From the NCBI GenBank assembly GCA_041500865.1, contig JBGQMY010000012.1:1-32322 (forward strand): a stretch of DNA of 32,322 nucleotides, read 5' to 3'. This DNA comes from Candidatus Micrarchaeia archaeon. Lineage in GTDB: Archaea > Micrarchaeota > Micrarchaeia > Anstonellales > J096. The first letter of the stretch is position 1. Every line of letters begins with the position of its first letter. The position numbers and the translations under genes are program-made. Of the stretch, positions 17,408 through 27,686 are shown piece after piece. The notes under the pieces were generated by a model. It was not told the DNA's origin. It saw only the letters and a list, made by a program, of their open reading frames with translations, and ran no database searches.

Positions 17408-17482
17408 CGGGCCTGAGGGGATTTGAACCCCTGACCTACGGATTAAAAGTCCGCCGCTCTAGCCAGGCTGAGCTACAGGCCC
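17408..17482 (-). tRNA. tRNA-Lys(TTT)
   Basis: GGGCCTGTAGCTCAGCCTGGCTAGAGCGGCGGACTTTTAATCCGTAGGTCAGGGGTTCAAATCCCCTCAGGCCCG folds as a cloverleaf; no intron, no encoded CCA. Confidence 0.96.
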
Positions 17483-17627
17483 TGATTTCCTTCTGTATTG
17501 GCCTGGATCGTTTTTGCCTATTGGCAAAATCGCTACAGGCCCGTGTTGTTGGTTATAGTCGGAACATACCCTTTTAAATGTTTTGAGAATATATAGGGAC
17601 ACGTTTTCAGCCAAATGGTGAATCGCA

Positions 17628-17777
17628 ATGGGAAAGTTCGCAGAAGGGGACAAGGAATTAGACGTTTCAATATGCCTCAAGTGCAAGGCGCGCAACCCGA
17701 AAGGGGCGAAGAAGTGCAGGAAGTGCAACTACACGTACATGAGGCCGAAATCAAAGGAGCTTAAAGGCAAAAAGTGA
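17628..17777 (+). CDS. rpl40e: 50S ribosomal protein L40e (absent from the ORF track)
   Basis: MGKFAEGDKELDVSICLKCKARNPKGAKKCRKCNYTYMRPKSKELKGKK; GGTGA SD site. Confidence 0.93.
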   Translation: MGKFAEGDKELDVSICLKCKARNPKGAKKCRKCNYTYMRPKSKELKGKK

Positions 17778-17812
17778 CGCAAATTTAAGCTTTGCTTTTC
17801 AATTTACTTATC

Positions 17813-18835
17813 ATGGAGAGCGCAGTCCTACGCAATGCCTCGGTTTTCGACGATTCTTATTTGCCTACCGATATACCGCACAGGGAGGCAGAGGCAACAG
17901 ACATTGCGCATGAAATGTCCATGTTCGCAAAGGGGTATCCAGCCCGCGTCATCATTTACGGGCCGCCTGGAACAGGGAAGACAACCGTAATGAAGCACGT
18001 CGCTTCATCGTTCCAGTCATACTCCACAAAGCTCGTGTACTCCAATTCGCTTTTGACAAATACTAGGTTAGGCCTGTTTTCGCTCATATGCGACCAGCTG
18101 GGCATAATGATGCCAAGGCGCGGCATAAGCTCAGACGAGCTGATAGCAAGGCTCAGGGAAAGCGCAAAAAGGCTCCTTGTCATAATAGACGAGGCAGACA
18201 GCCTCAAGGAGAAGGACCTCCTGTACGCGCTTGCCAAGTCAAAGGAGACGATGGGCATTGAAATCGGATTCATTGCAATAACCAATGTGCAGTCCTTCCT
18301 GGCAATGGCAGACGCAAGGCTCCCTGCCCTGATAACAAAGAGGATGGAGTTCAAGCCATATTCGCCAGCCCAGGTCAGGGACATACTGTTTGAAAGGGCG
18401 AGGCTGGGCCTCGTACCAGGCGCCTTTGACGAAAACACCATAGGCAAGATAGCGGGCTTCGCCTCAAGGCACATGGGCAACGTGAGGCTTGCCATATACC
18501 TCCTGATGCTTTCGGCGAAGCATGCCGACAGCGCAGACCGCCCAAAAATAACCCTGGAAGACGTGGAAAAGGCCAAGGATGAGCTTATGGCCGGCCTGCT
18601 GGAAAAGGCGTCTGCAAAGCTCAACGAGGCGGAAAAAAAGGTCCTGGAGGCCGTTGAATCCCTGTCCTTTCCAACGTCTGCGGAGGTAGAGGAAAAGCTT
18701 GCGCCGGGCATGTCCCCAAGGACGGCCCGCCTGTACATGAAAGGCCTGCTTGACAGGGAATACCTGTTATCGGAGGACATCCACGTCAGCGGAGGGGGCA
18801 GGAAGAGAGTGTATAGGGTCGCATATAAGCTTTAA
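17813..18835 (+). CDS. cdc6: Orc1/Cdc6 family AAA+ replication initiator
   Basis: FDDSYLP..IPHRE, YGPPGTGKT, IIDEAD, FKPYS..Q..IL..R, GNVRLAI; C-terminal winged helix. Confidence 0.9.
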   Translation: MESAVLRNASVFDDSYLPTDIPHREAEATDIAHEMSMFAKGYPARVIIYGPPGTGKTTVMKHVASSFQSYSTKLVYSNSLLTNTRLGLFSLICDQLGIMMPRRGISSDELIARLRESAKRLLVIIDEADSLKEKDLLYALAKSKETMGIEIGFIAITNVQSFLAMADARLPALITKRMEFKPYSPAQVRDILFERARLGLVPGAFDENTIGKIAGFASRHMGNVRLAIYLLMLSAKHADSADRPKITLEDVEKAKDELMAGLLEKASAKLNEAEKKVLEAVESLSFPTSAEVEEKLAPGMSPRTARLYMKGLLDREYLLSEDIHVSGGGRKRVYRVAYKL

Positions 18836-18860
18836 AAACCCTTTGTCGCCCGTATTAGCC

Positions 18861-18973
18861 TGTAGCGGCCATAGGAAGATGGTTATGCCCGTTCCCATAC
18901 CGAACACGGAAGCCAAGCATCTTCACGGTGGCCTGAGTACTGCTCTTAAGCGGGAAAAGCCACTGCTGCTACA
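18861..18973 (+). rRNA. rrf: 5S rRNA (unlinked)
   Basis: GCGGCCATAG..CCCGTTCCCATACCGAACACGGAAGCCAAGC..GTACTG..GGGAA; terminal helix TGTAGCGG/CTGCTACA; own TATA at about 18831. Confidence 0.92.
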
Positions 18974-19015
18974 CCTAATCTCAAACTATTAAAACACATC
19001 AGCGCAGACACTTTC

Positions 19016-19411
19016 ATGCACGAGTTCATCCCGCACGAGTCAGACCTTTTCATACGCGGCAAAGGAAAGACGTTTGAGGATGCATTGCTTTCTGTTGTTG
19101 ACGGGCTGATAGAAAGCATATCAAAAGGAAAGGACTGCAAGGGCGCATCAAAACATTCGGTGAAAGCCAATGGCAGGGAGGATGCCAACACCGCATTTTC
19201 CCTGCTGGAGTCGTTCAATGCCTTCATAGATTCTGAAGGGATAATGCCATGCAAGGCCGTTTCGCTGAAGAAGTCCGGGCAAGGTTTTGAGCTTGTTTTC
19301 CTTGGAAAAAAGACAAAATTCTCGTCGCCCGTGAAGGCGGTGACGTACCACGGCCTTAAGGCCGAAAAGTCAAAGGACAAATGGACGATAGAGGCGCTTT
19401 TTGACATCTAG
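19016..19411 (+). CDS. Archease
   Basis: EFIPHESD at the N-terminus, VKAVTYHGL, terminal LFDI. Confidence 0.88.
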   Translation: MHEFIPHESDLFIRGKGKTFEDALLSVVDGLIESISKGKDCKGASKHSVKANGREDANTAFSLLESFNAFIDSEGIMPCKAVSLKKSGQGFELVFLGKKTKFSSPVKAVTYHGLKAEKSKDKWTIEALFDI

Positions 19412-20418
19412 CAGACTGAAGGAATCCTGTCGCCAACCTTGGAGCCCTTCCTTTTCAGGAGAACGATTCGTGATAGTTCGTGCCCGTTCTGCACCTTGTA
19501 AATTTTAAGCAATTTGAGCAGTTTGTTGGCAAACGCCTTGACGTCATCATGCGAGGGCATGTTCTCCTGTTTCAGCCTTTTCCTGCTCTGGCCAAGGAAC
19601 ATGAACGCCTTTATCTCTATGTAGTCTGCCTTGCTTCTGCCGAAAAGCCCCGCATAAAGCGGCAGGTATGCATCAGCGTCGTTGATTCCCTTTATGAGCG
19701 TAAAACGTATGACTGTCCTGCACTTCAAACTGTTGAGCGTCCCAAGAGTTCTCTTCAGCCTTTCCCAGCCGTTCCAATAAGTGCTCCTGTTTATCCTTTT
19801 GAAAAGCTCCCTGTTCGGCGCATCCACGCTTATGTATAGCTGCGTGGGCAGCGCGCCCATCTTCTCCATTTTCAGCAGCATATCCGGCTCCTGGCCGTTT
19901 GTGACGACGAATATGCTCCGCACTTCCTTGTGCTTCCTCAGCTCAAGGACAAGCTCCGGAAGCTTGGGATAAAGCGTCGGCTCCCCGCTGAGGCTTATGG
20001 CCCAGTGGCTGGGAAACATGCCATAGGACTCTTCAACGAGTTTTTTGTCTGCCTTCGGATTGCCCCTGAACCCGGCAACGAGCTTTTTCCTTGCCTCAAC
20101 GGCCTTTTCTATTATCGCCTTGGGCGCATCTGTCCTCTTGCCCATCTTCGTCCTGTAATACCATTCCATGGGCCGCCAGCAGAAGACGCACCTTTCCTGG
20201 CACCATGCAGAAGCCGGGGACATCTCAGCGCACCTGTGCGTGTCTATCCCGTAAAATAAATTTTTGTAGCATGTTCCTTTATTCACAAGAGACTTTTTTG
20301 TCCATTCGCAGACGTCAACCGAGGAGTGCCTTCCGACAATGCCGTAGCTCTTGCCCCATTTTTCCTTTTGGGCCGGAGTGAGGGAGTCAGCGCCTTTTAT
20401 TCTTACTTTCGCGTTCAA
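19408..20418 (-). CDS. taw1: 4-demethylwyosine synthase TYW1/Taw1 (radical SAM)
   Basis: HSSVDVCEWTKKS, CYK..FYGIDTHRC, CQERCVFCWR, AISLSGEPTLYP, PTQLYIS. Confidence 0.93.
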   Translation of the reverse strand: MNAKVRIKGADSLTPAQKEKWGKSYGIVGRHSSVDVCEWTKKSLVNKGTCYKNLFYGIDTHRCAEMSPASAWCQERCVFCWRPMEWYYRTKMGKRTDAPKAIIEKAVEARKKLVAGFRGNPKADKKLVEESYGMFPSHWAISLSGEPTLYPKLPELVLELRKHKEVRSIFVVTNGQEPDMLLKMEKMGALPTQLYISVDAPNRELFKRINRSTYWNGWERLKRTLGTLNSLKCRTVIRFTLIKGINDADAYLPLYAGLFGRSKADYIEIKAFMFLGQSRKRLKQENMPSHDDVKAFANKLLKLLKIYKVQNGHELSRIVLLKRKGSKVGDRIPSVC

Positions 20419-20761
20419 TCCTCTTCGCCTCTTCCCATACCCTCTTGGACTCCTTCATGCCCACTTTCCTGCCTTCCACGACATGCGGCTTGCGCCTCCT
20501 CATCTTCTCACGGTAATTGCGTATTATCCTTTTCCTGCTTATGCCATGCTCCTTTGCCGCTATGAACATCAGCTTAAGCGCGGTCATCGCCACGTCTCCC
20601 GATTCCTCCATTATCTCGGCCTTGCCTTTTGCCTTCTCAAGCTCCCTTATCTCCATTTTCAATCTTCTTACCATCTCTTTCGTGCTCACTGTGCGCATCC
20701 ATGGGCAATACCTCATCTCCCTTTTGGTGAAATTGGCTACCTTGCGCAGCTCGTTATTCAT
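20387..20761 (-). CDS. MazG-like nucleotide pyrophosphohydrolase domain protein
   Basis: CPW, E..EL, EESGDV, KMRRRKPHV, WEEAK. Confidence 0.82.
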   Translation of the reverse strand: MNNELRKVANFTKREMRYCPWMRTVSTKEMVRRLKMEIRELEKAKGKAEIMEESGDVAMTALKLMFIAAKEHGISRKRIIRNYREKMRRRKPHVVEGRKVGMKESKRVWEEAKRIERESKNKRR

Positions 20762-21587
20762 AGTATTTCACGCCTTTCTGCTTGGATGAGTCCTTCAGCA
20801 TGCCTATCCTCGCCCTGAGGTCCGCCTTCTCTACGGCGTCTATGTCCTTTGCCTTGGGCAGCCTCTTCTCCCATTCGTCTATGGATGCCGTGACGTCGTT
20901 GTAAAGGTAGTCCGGTATGCTCCCTGTCTCGACCAGGTCAAGCAGGAACCCGATGGCGAACGGGTTCTTTGACTTCGCGAGCATCCTCGTCGCGTGTATG
21001 ATGAGCGTCCTGTAAAGGTGGCTTCCCTGGTTGAGATACCTTGTCAAATGGTTCACAATCAGCCTGTTGGCCCTTTCGTCGTCCAGCTCGCCGAGCAGGC
21101 TAACAAGGAACATGATGCCGTCCATGGAATGCGCGGAGTCGTATATCCTTGTCGTCACTTCCCTCATGTCAACCTGCTTGTTCTGCTTCTCTGCCATCTT
21201 GCTCGCGCTTATGAACTCCTTGGCATGCTCTATGTGGCTCATGCGCTCGTTAAGCTCGACAATGATTATGTTTTTCGTGAACAGGTCCCCCTTTTTGTAT
21301 ATCTCGACAAGCTCGCTTCTTATCTGCCTCAGGTCCTTGTACTTTATGTCGACAGGGTAGAAGGCTATCTTCGTCACCATCAGGTTGACCTTCTTTATCA
21401 TCTCGTTGTACTGCGCCTGCATCTGCAGCTGCTCGGGCGTCTGCGGCGGGGCCTGGCCAGGCACAGGGGGCGCCGCCTGCCCGTTTTTCCCTGCCTTTTC
21501 CGCAGGCTGCGGCTGCGCCTCTTTCGCCGGCTCCTTCCTGCTGTTCTTTTCCTTCCCGTTTTTCTCCTTAGCTGGGGTTTCTGCCAT
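20754..21587 (-). CDS. Hypothetical helical (HEAT-like) protein with a disordered N-terminus
   Basis: Long ORF with host-like codon usage, translationally coupled to the MazG-like gene. Confidence 0.75.
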   Translation of the reverse strand: MAETPAKEKNGKEKNSRKEPAKEAQPQPAEKAGKNGQAAPPVPGQAPPQTPEQLQMQAQYNEMIKKVNLMVTKIAFYPVDIKYKDLRQIRSELVEIYKKGDLFTKNIIIVELNERMSHIEHAKEFISASKMAEKQNKQVDMREVTTRIYDSAHSMDGIMFLVSLLGELDDERANRLIVNHLTRYLNQGSHLYRTLIIHATRMLAKSKNPFAIGFLLDLVETGSIPDYLYNDVTASIDEWEKRLPKAKDIDAVEKADLRARIGMLKDSSKQKGVKYYE

Positions 21588-21637
21588 GTTTTGGTATCTT
21601 ATCCACCGTTTTAAAACCCTTGCGCCAACACCCCATC

Positions 21638-22153
21638 ATGCGAGAGCTTGAGCGCACGTTCCTTGCGAAATACGTCCCGCAGGGCATTGAAAGCTTCGAT
21701 TGCAAGGAGATAATTGACATCTACATCCCAAAGGGCTCAAGGCACCCGGTGCTCAGGCTCAGGAAGAACGGCGAAAGGTACGAAATCACGAAGAAAGAGC
21801 CTGTAAAAGAGGGCGACGCCTCACACATGAATGAGCAAACCATAACGCTTACGCGCGAGGAGTTTGACGCCCTTAAGCGCATCCACGGCAAAATGGCACA
21901 CAAGTTCAGGTACCGCTATCCGTTTGGGCAGCACACTGCCGAGATAGACGTGTTCCAGGAGGGGCTTGAGGGCCTTGTAATCGTTGATTTCGAGTTCAAT
22001 TCAATTGAGGAAAAGGACGCCTTCAAGATGCCGGGATTCTGCCTTGCCGAGGTCACGCAGGAGGAGGCGCTGGCAGGCGGCATGCTGTGCGGAAAATCGT
22101 ATGCTGAAATAGAGAACGTGTTAAAAAAATACGGATACAAGAAACTGAAATAA
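21638..22153 (+). CDS. CYTH-like domain protein
   Basis: ELERTFL, LRLRK, KFRYRY, AEIDVF, VDFEF, AEVTQE. Confidence 0.85.
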   Translation: MRELERTFLAKYVPQGIESFDCKEIIDIYIPKGSRHPVLRLRKNGERYEITKKEPVKEGDASHMNEQTITLTREEFDALKRIHGKMAHKFRYRYPFGQHTAEIDVFQEGLEGLVIVDFEFNSIEEKDAFKMPGFCLAEVTQEEALAGGMLCGKSYAEIENVLKKYGYKKLK

Positions 22154-22167
22154 AAAGCATTGAAAAA

Positions 22168-22446
22168 TTATACAAATAGTTCTTCATCTGAGTATAGCCG
22201 GTGCCCTGTTTTAATATTATTCTTAGTCCCTTTTCCCGAGCCGCCATTCTCATTCTTTTTCCTGACGTAAGCGATGATGGCTGCCGCAGCCGCAATTGCA
22301 GCCACCGCAGAGACCGCGATGACGGCATTCCTGACAGGCTTTTTCTCAGTCGCATCCTTGAAGTGCATGATGGCCTTTGCCACGGTTTTGGATGCCTTCT
22401 GGGCCGCCTTGATGCCCTTTCTCACGGCGTTTTTATCAAATGACAT
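22168..22446 (-). CDS. Small basic single-TM hypothetical protein
   Basis: Ala-rich TM segment between Lys-rich regions; TATA upstream at about 22470-22478. Confidence 0.6.
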   Translation of the reverse strand: MSFDKNAVRKGIKAAQKASKTVAKAIMHFKDATEKKPVRNAVIAVSAVAAIAAAAAIIAYVRKKNENGGSGKGTKNNIKTGHRLYSDEELFV

Positions 22447-22509
22447 AAATATACACTATTGAACAATATATTTTTAAACATGCCGCAAAAAAGCAAGCAG
22501 ATGCGAAAC

Positions 22510-22539
22510 AGGCCCCAAGATTAGTTCAGGAGAAAGGAA
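22510..22539 (-). other. 3' arm of the 16S pre-rRNA processing stem (BHB)
   Basis: Complementary to 24131-24160. Confidence 0.85.
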
Positions 22540-22572
22540 ATCAATGCCTTCCCTTGCACAATTTTGTTTTTT

Positions 22573-24065
<1,493 letters not shown>

Positions 24066-24130
24066 CTGCCATAATCCTGCTGCGAATTATCTAAACTTTT
24101 ATTCTTTGAATTGACAAAGAAGCACTTCAC

Positions 24131-24160
24131 TTCCTTTCTCCTTATGAACTCTTGGGACCT
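24131..24160 (-). other. 5' arm of the 16S pre-rRNA processing stem (BHB)
   Basis: Pairs with 22510-22539 to give a GUUC/GAAC 4-bp helix between 3-nt bulges AUA and UAA. Confidence 0.85.
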
Positions 24161-24386
24161 ATTTCATACCCGCAAGCGCAGATACACATAAATTAAAGTA
24201 ATTACCCTTCTTTCGAGGTAATGTTTTTAAAGGTACCCTATACCCCCTCATCGGGCGCATTGCCCCGCAACCAGCCAAAAAAGGCTGCCATGGCTTTGCA
24301 GGATTCTGCCCTGGACTGCGCCTAAGGCCGTGTACAGGCGCTGGACACCATATCCTGTTATAAATGTTTGCCACAAATAACCACTA

Positions 24387-24947
24387 ATGGCAAATGCAAG
24401 GGAAATCGCGAAAAGGAATGTGCGCAGGGGATTCCGCAAAGGGGTGCGCCTTGCGGCGTATGTTGCTGCGATGGTGCCGCTTGTTTCGTTCATGTCGTGC
24501 TCGCCGCGCAGCATGAAGGCGCCTGTCTTGGAAACAACAAGGAGCCTTGCAAAGGCCCAGCAGGCAGTCAGGACGCCTGCGCTTGACACAGGCATTTCAT
24601 ATCTGGTCAACACGAGCAATTGTTCATACGGCGAAGGCTTCAGGCTGCTGGAGATAAAGCGCAGGAATGCAGGGAACGCGCCGTTCCTTTCGGCGCTTGA
24701 ATGCGTAATCTCAAGGTCCGCGGATGGGCCGGAATGGCTGCGCGTCATAAGGCCTGACAGCTCAAGGGACGCCATTTTCATAGGCGACAGGTATTATGCG
24801 CCGTCAAGCTGGATTGAGATAGCGGCTGAGGGAAATACAGGGGCAAGGCTGATTATTGTGGAAGGCGCCGGCGCAAAGCCCAAGACGGTTTTGGTTTCCG
24901 GAAGCGCGGACCTCGCATCATCGCTCCCAGGATTTTTCAGGAAGTAG
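24387..24947 (+). CDS. Hypothetical exported/lipoprotein-like protein
   Basis: Arg-rich N-terminus, hydrophobic stretch ending in FMSC; TTATAAA about 25 nt upstream. Confidence 0.65.
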   Translation: MANAREIAKRNVRRGFRKGVRLAAYVAAMVPLVSFMSCSPRSMKAPVLETTRSLAKAQQAVRTPALDTGISYLVNTSNCSYGEGFRLLEIKRRNAGNAPFLSALECVISRSADGPEWLRVIRPDSSRDAIFIGDRYYAPSSWIEIAAEGNTGARLIIVEGAGAKPKTVLVSGSADLASSLPGFFRK

Positions 24948-24977
24948 GCTGTTCCTTACAGGCTCCTGCCAATGGCA

Positions 24978-25007
24978 TTTTTAACTTCTTTTGCGCATAA
25001 TCAGAAT
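24978..25007 (+). promoter_or_regulatory. TATA promoter, probably leaderless
   Basis: TTTTTAA-N11-CATAA-N7-ATG. Confidence 0.7.
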
Positions 25008-25832
25008 ATGCAGAAAATCCGCATGTCTGGCCAGACCAAAAAGTCTATTTCGAAGGTGTCAGCCCCGCTTGAGCCGGATATCAGCGAAAAATCAAAGGAG
25101 CGGCTTAATAGACAGATTCTACGGGCAACAAAATTTAAAACAGTGAAAAAGCCACTTGAGAAAAACGCAAATGCGGATATGGTGGATCCTATAAGAAAAG
25201 CTTTACCCGCAAAACTGCCGAAAGCCGCCAATTCACAAAAGTATACATCGGATTATGTTGATGCATGGGCAGACGGAAAGGACATCCCGAACATATTCCT
25301 TTATTTTCCGAATCTTGAAGGATTGCTGAAAGGAAAGCGGGTGCTTGACATAGGGTCCGGCAGCGGAGGATTTGTGAATATGCTGAGGTCCCGCAATATC
25401 GATGCCATAGGCATCGACCTGTTCAATGAACCTAAACAGCCGCACCAATTGAAAGGCGATTTCATGCATTATCCGTTTGATAAACAGTTCGACGTTGTCT
25501 TTGGCATGGGCGTATTTGAGGAAGATGCCATCTATTCGCCGCAAGCCATGAATTTTGGCCAAAAAGAGATGGCATTCAAAAAAGATTCACTGAAAAAAAA
25601 TTACCCGATATCAATGCTGCGCAGGCTCAATGAACTCCTTGCACCTGATGGCTTCGGGATTTTTTCCATATATACGAGCCAATTGATTTTTTCAAGGGAA
25701 ATGGCTTCTGAAGAAGGGTTCAGGCTCACAAAATATGTGCGTTCCATAAATACAAAAAGATATCCTTCCAACCCAAAATATGATGCAGTTCTCCGCCCTG
25801 AGACCAAGTATGTGATTTCTAGGAAAAAATGA
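25008..25832 (+). CDS. Class I SAM-dependent methyltransferase with an N-terminal extension
   Basis: RVLDIGSGSG, IGID, GDF, FDVVF, LAPDG. Confidence 0.88.
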   Translation: MQKIRMSGQTKKSISKVSAPLEPDISEKSKERLNRQILRATKFKTVKKPLEKNANADMVDPIRKALPAKLPKAANSQKYTSDYVDAWADGKDIPNIFLYFPNLEGLLKGKRVLDIGSGSGGFVNMLRSRNIDAIGIDLFNEPKQPHQLKGDFMHYPFDKQFDVVFGMGVFEEDAIYSPQAMNFGQKEMAFKKDSLKKNYPISMLRRLNELLAPDGFGIFSIYTSQLIFSREMASEEGFRLTKYVRSINTKRYPSNPKYDAVLRPETKYVISRKK

Positions 25833-25884
25833 TTTTGCATAGTGTATTATCTATGCTTAATTCAAGGAATGCATCCAATAGCGT

Positions 25885-27390
25885 TCACAAAAATTCCGAG
25901 AACTCGTTCTTCCTGTTTTTCTCTTTTCCCTTCCACTCGCTTATCATGTCGTTCAATCCGGTCTTCTTCCCGTCAACGACCTTCTTGCCCCTCACGCGGA
26001 ATATCAGAGGCGAGCGGACCGCCTCGCCGACGACAACGGCCTCCCCGACCTCAAGGCCAGGCAGCATGCCCATCAATGACGAGGTCAAATTCTCCGAGCC
26101 CCTCTTTATGAAGTCCAGGTCGTTCGGGTTGGCTATCCGCAGGAAAACGTGGGTGTTGCACTGGCTTAACGCCGTTTGGGAAAGGTGCGCGGGCCTCTGC
26201 GTAATCAGGCAGATGGAAATCCCGAACTTGCGGCCCTCGCGCGCTATCTTCTCCACCTGCGCCTTTGAGACGTTTTCCCTTTTTTCCGCCTTTTCGGGAG
26301 CGAAGTTGTGCGCCTCCTCAACGAAAACAATGACAGGCGGTATCTTACCGGCCTTGCGGAGCTCAAAAAGCTGCTTGAGCATGTAATAGCCCTTCACTAT
26401 CGCAGAGCGCGAGTCGTCCATCTCAGAAAAGTCAAAGACCAGCATCCTCCCAAGCCTTACTTTTGAGACAAGGTCCGGATACTTTTCCTTGCCTATTATT
26501 CCTCTCCTGCCAAGCGACCCAAGCCTGCGCCTTATTGCGCCGTACGTTGCCTTCTTGCTGTCCTTCTCGTCGGTTTTCATGGAGTCTATTATCCCAAGGA
26601 TTACGGATTCGTCCTGCGGCGCCTTCTCAGCCGCCATTTTTTCGTGCAGGAAGCCAAACACCTCTTCCAATTTTTCCTCCTGGACCTCGCTTGTGTTTGG
26701 ATACAGCTCCTTCATTATCCCAACGCTTACGTCCCCGACGCCCATCCTTATGCTGTTCCCGCCGATCCTTTCGGTTTTTGCCCCGAACGCCTTGTCATTG
26801 GCAAAATCAACGTATTCGCCATGCATGTCAAGGACAACGACAGCAGGCGAATCGTCATTTGAAAGCAGTTCCTCAAGTATGACCTTTGTCAGGTAGCTTT
26901 TCCCTGCCCCGCTCATCGCAAGTATGGCGGCATGCTTCTGGAACGTCTTTTCTATGCCGAGGCTCACCCCGAGCCCGTGCGCGTCTATCTCGCCAAGGGC
27001 CATGCCGCCCTCCCCGAAACCGAAGAACCTCTTGAGCAGGTCGTTGTCAGCCACCCTTATCTCCGTTCCAGGGGAAACGGAGATGGTGGAGCGCCTGAAG
27101 CGCTTCTCCCTGTCAATTATCCCGAAGATGTCAACGTCGGCAATGACGCTTTCCCCTTCTTTAACCGGATACGCGTCCGCTATGTTGCCTACGAAGCCAA
27201 CATCCTGCGCATCGGAAAAGTAGATGTTCAAACTCCGTATTTCGGATATCATGCCTATGGCGTGCCTTTCGCCCGGCAGCTCTGCCTTGACGTACATGCC
27301 CTTGTGCATCTCCGCGCCCTTCTCAGCCAGGAACGAGAACGAATGGGTATTGGGCCGTTCCTGGTCGCTTATCGCCGTGCCGAGCCTCAT
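25885..27390 (-). CDS. herA: HerA-family helicase/ATPase (HAS barrel + DUF87)
   Basis: HAAILAMSGAGKS, VLDMHGEY, VEEAHNFAP, IAREGRKFG, TQRP, LSQCNT, N.NDL. Confidence 0.9.
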   Translation of the reverse strand: MRLGTAISDQERPNTHSFSFLAEKGAEMHKGMYVKAELPGERHAIGMISEIRSLNIYFSDAQDVGFVGNIADAYPVKEGESVIADVDIFGIIDREKRFRRSTISVSPGTEIRVADNDLLKRFFGFGEGGMALGEIDAHGLGVSLGIEKTFQKHAAILAMSGAGKSYLTKVILEELLSNDDSPAVVVLDMHGEYVDFANDKAFGAKTERIGGNSIRMGVGDVSVGIMKELYPNTSEVQEEKLEEVFGFLHEKMAAEKAPQDESVILGIIDSMKTDEKDSKKATYGAIRRRLGSLGRRGIIGKEKYPDLVSKVRLGRMLVFDFSEMDDSRSAIVKGYYMLKQLFELRKAGKIPPVIVFVEEAHNFAPEKAEKRENVSKAQVEKIAREGRKFGISICLITQRPAHLSQTALSQCNTHVFLRIANPNDLDFIKRGSENLTSSLMGMLPGLEVGEAVVVGEAVRSPLIFRVRGKKVVDGKKTGLNDMISEWKGKEKNRKNEFSEFL

Positions 27391-27441
27391 GGGTGGATAA
27401 TCCGCCGAAACTTTAAAAAAGGGAAAGGGAGATACCTAACC

Positions 27442-27672
27442 ATGAAAGGCCAACTGTCAGCTGAGATGATAATATTGGTAGTGGTGATACTGGCGATAGT
27501 CGCTATTGTGGCAAGCACCCTGATAAACTCCGCGAAAAACACGAGCAGCTCTGTGACTGACGCGACCTCAAGGATAACAAGCAGCCTCAACTATTCCTGC
27601 ATAAGGGACGCGGACTGCAGCGGGCTCGGCAGCGGCTACGCGTGCGTGCAGGGCGAATGCTCAAGCAAGTAG
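27442..27672 (+). CDS. Class III signal peptide (type IV pilin-like) protein with a Cys-rich tip
   Basis: MKG/QLSAEMIILVVVILAIVAIVA; C-terminal CIRDADC..YACVQGEC. Confidence 0.88.
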   Translation: MKGQLSAEMIILVVVILAIVAIVASTLINSAKNTSSSVTDATSRITSSLNYSCIRDADCSGLGSGYACVQGECSSK

Positions 27673-27686
27673 CTGGGCCTGCTGGA

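Noticed and set aside
17778..17812. Replication origin next to cdc6
   Set aside because: The flanking gaps are very short and show no ORB-like repeats.
25008..27390. HerA plus methyltransferase as an anti-phage system
   Set aside because: The genes are convergent, the MTase lacks DNA-methyltransferase motifs, and there is no nuclease or Sir2 partner.
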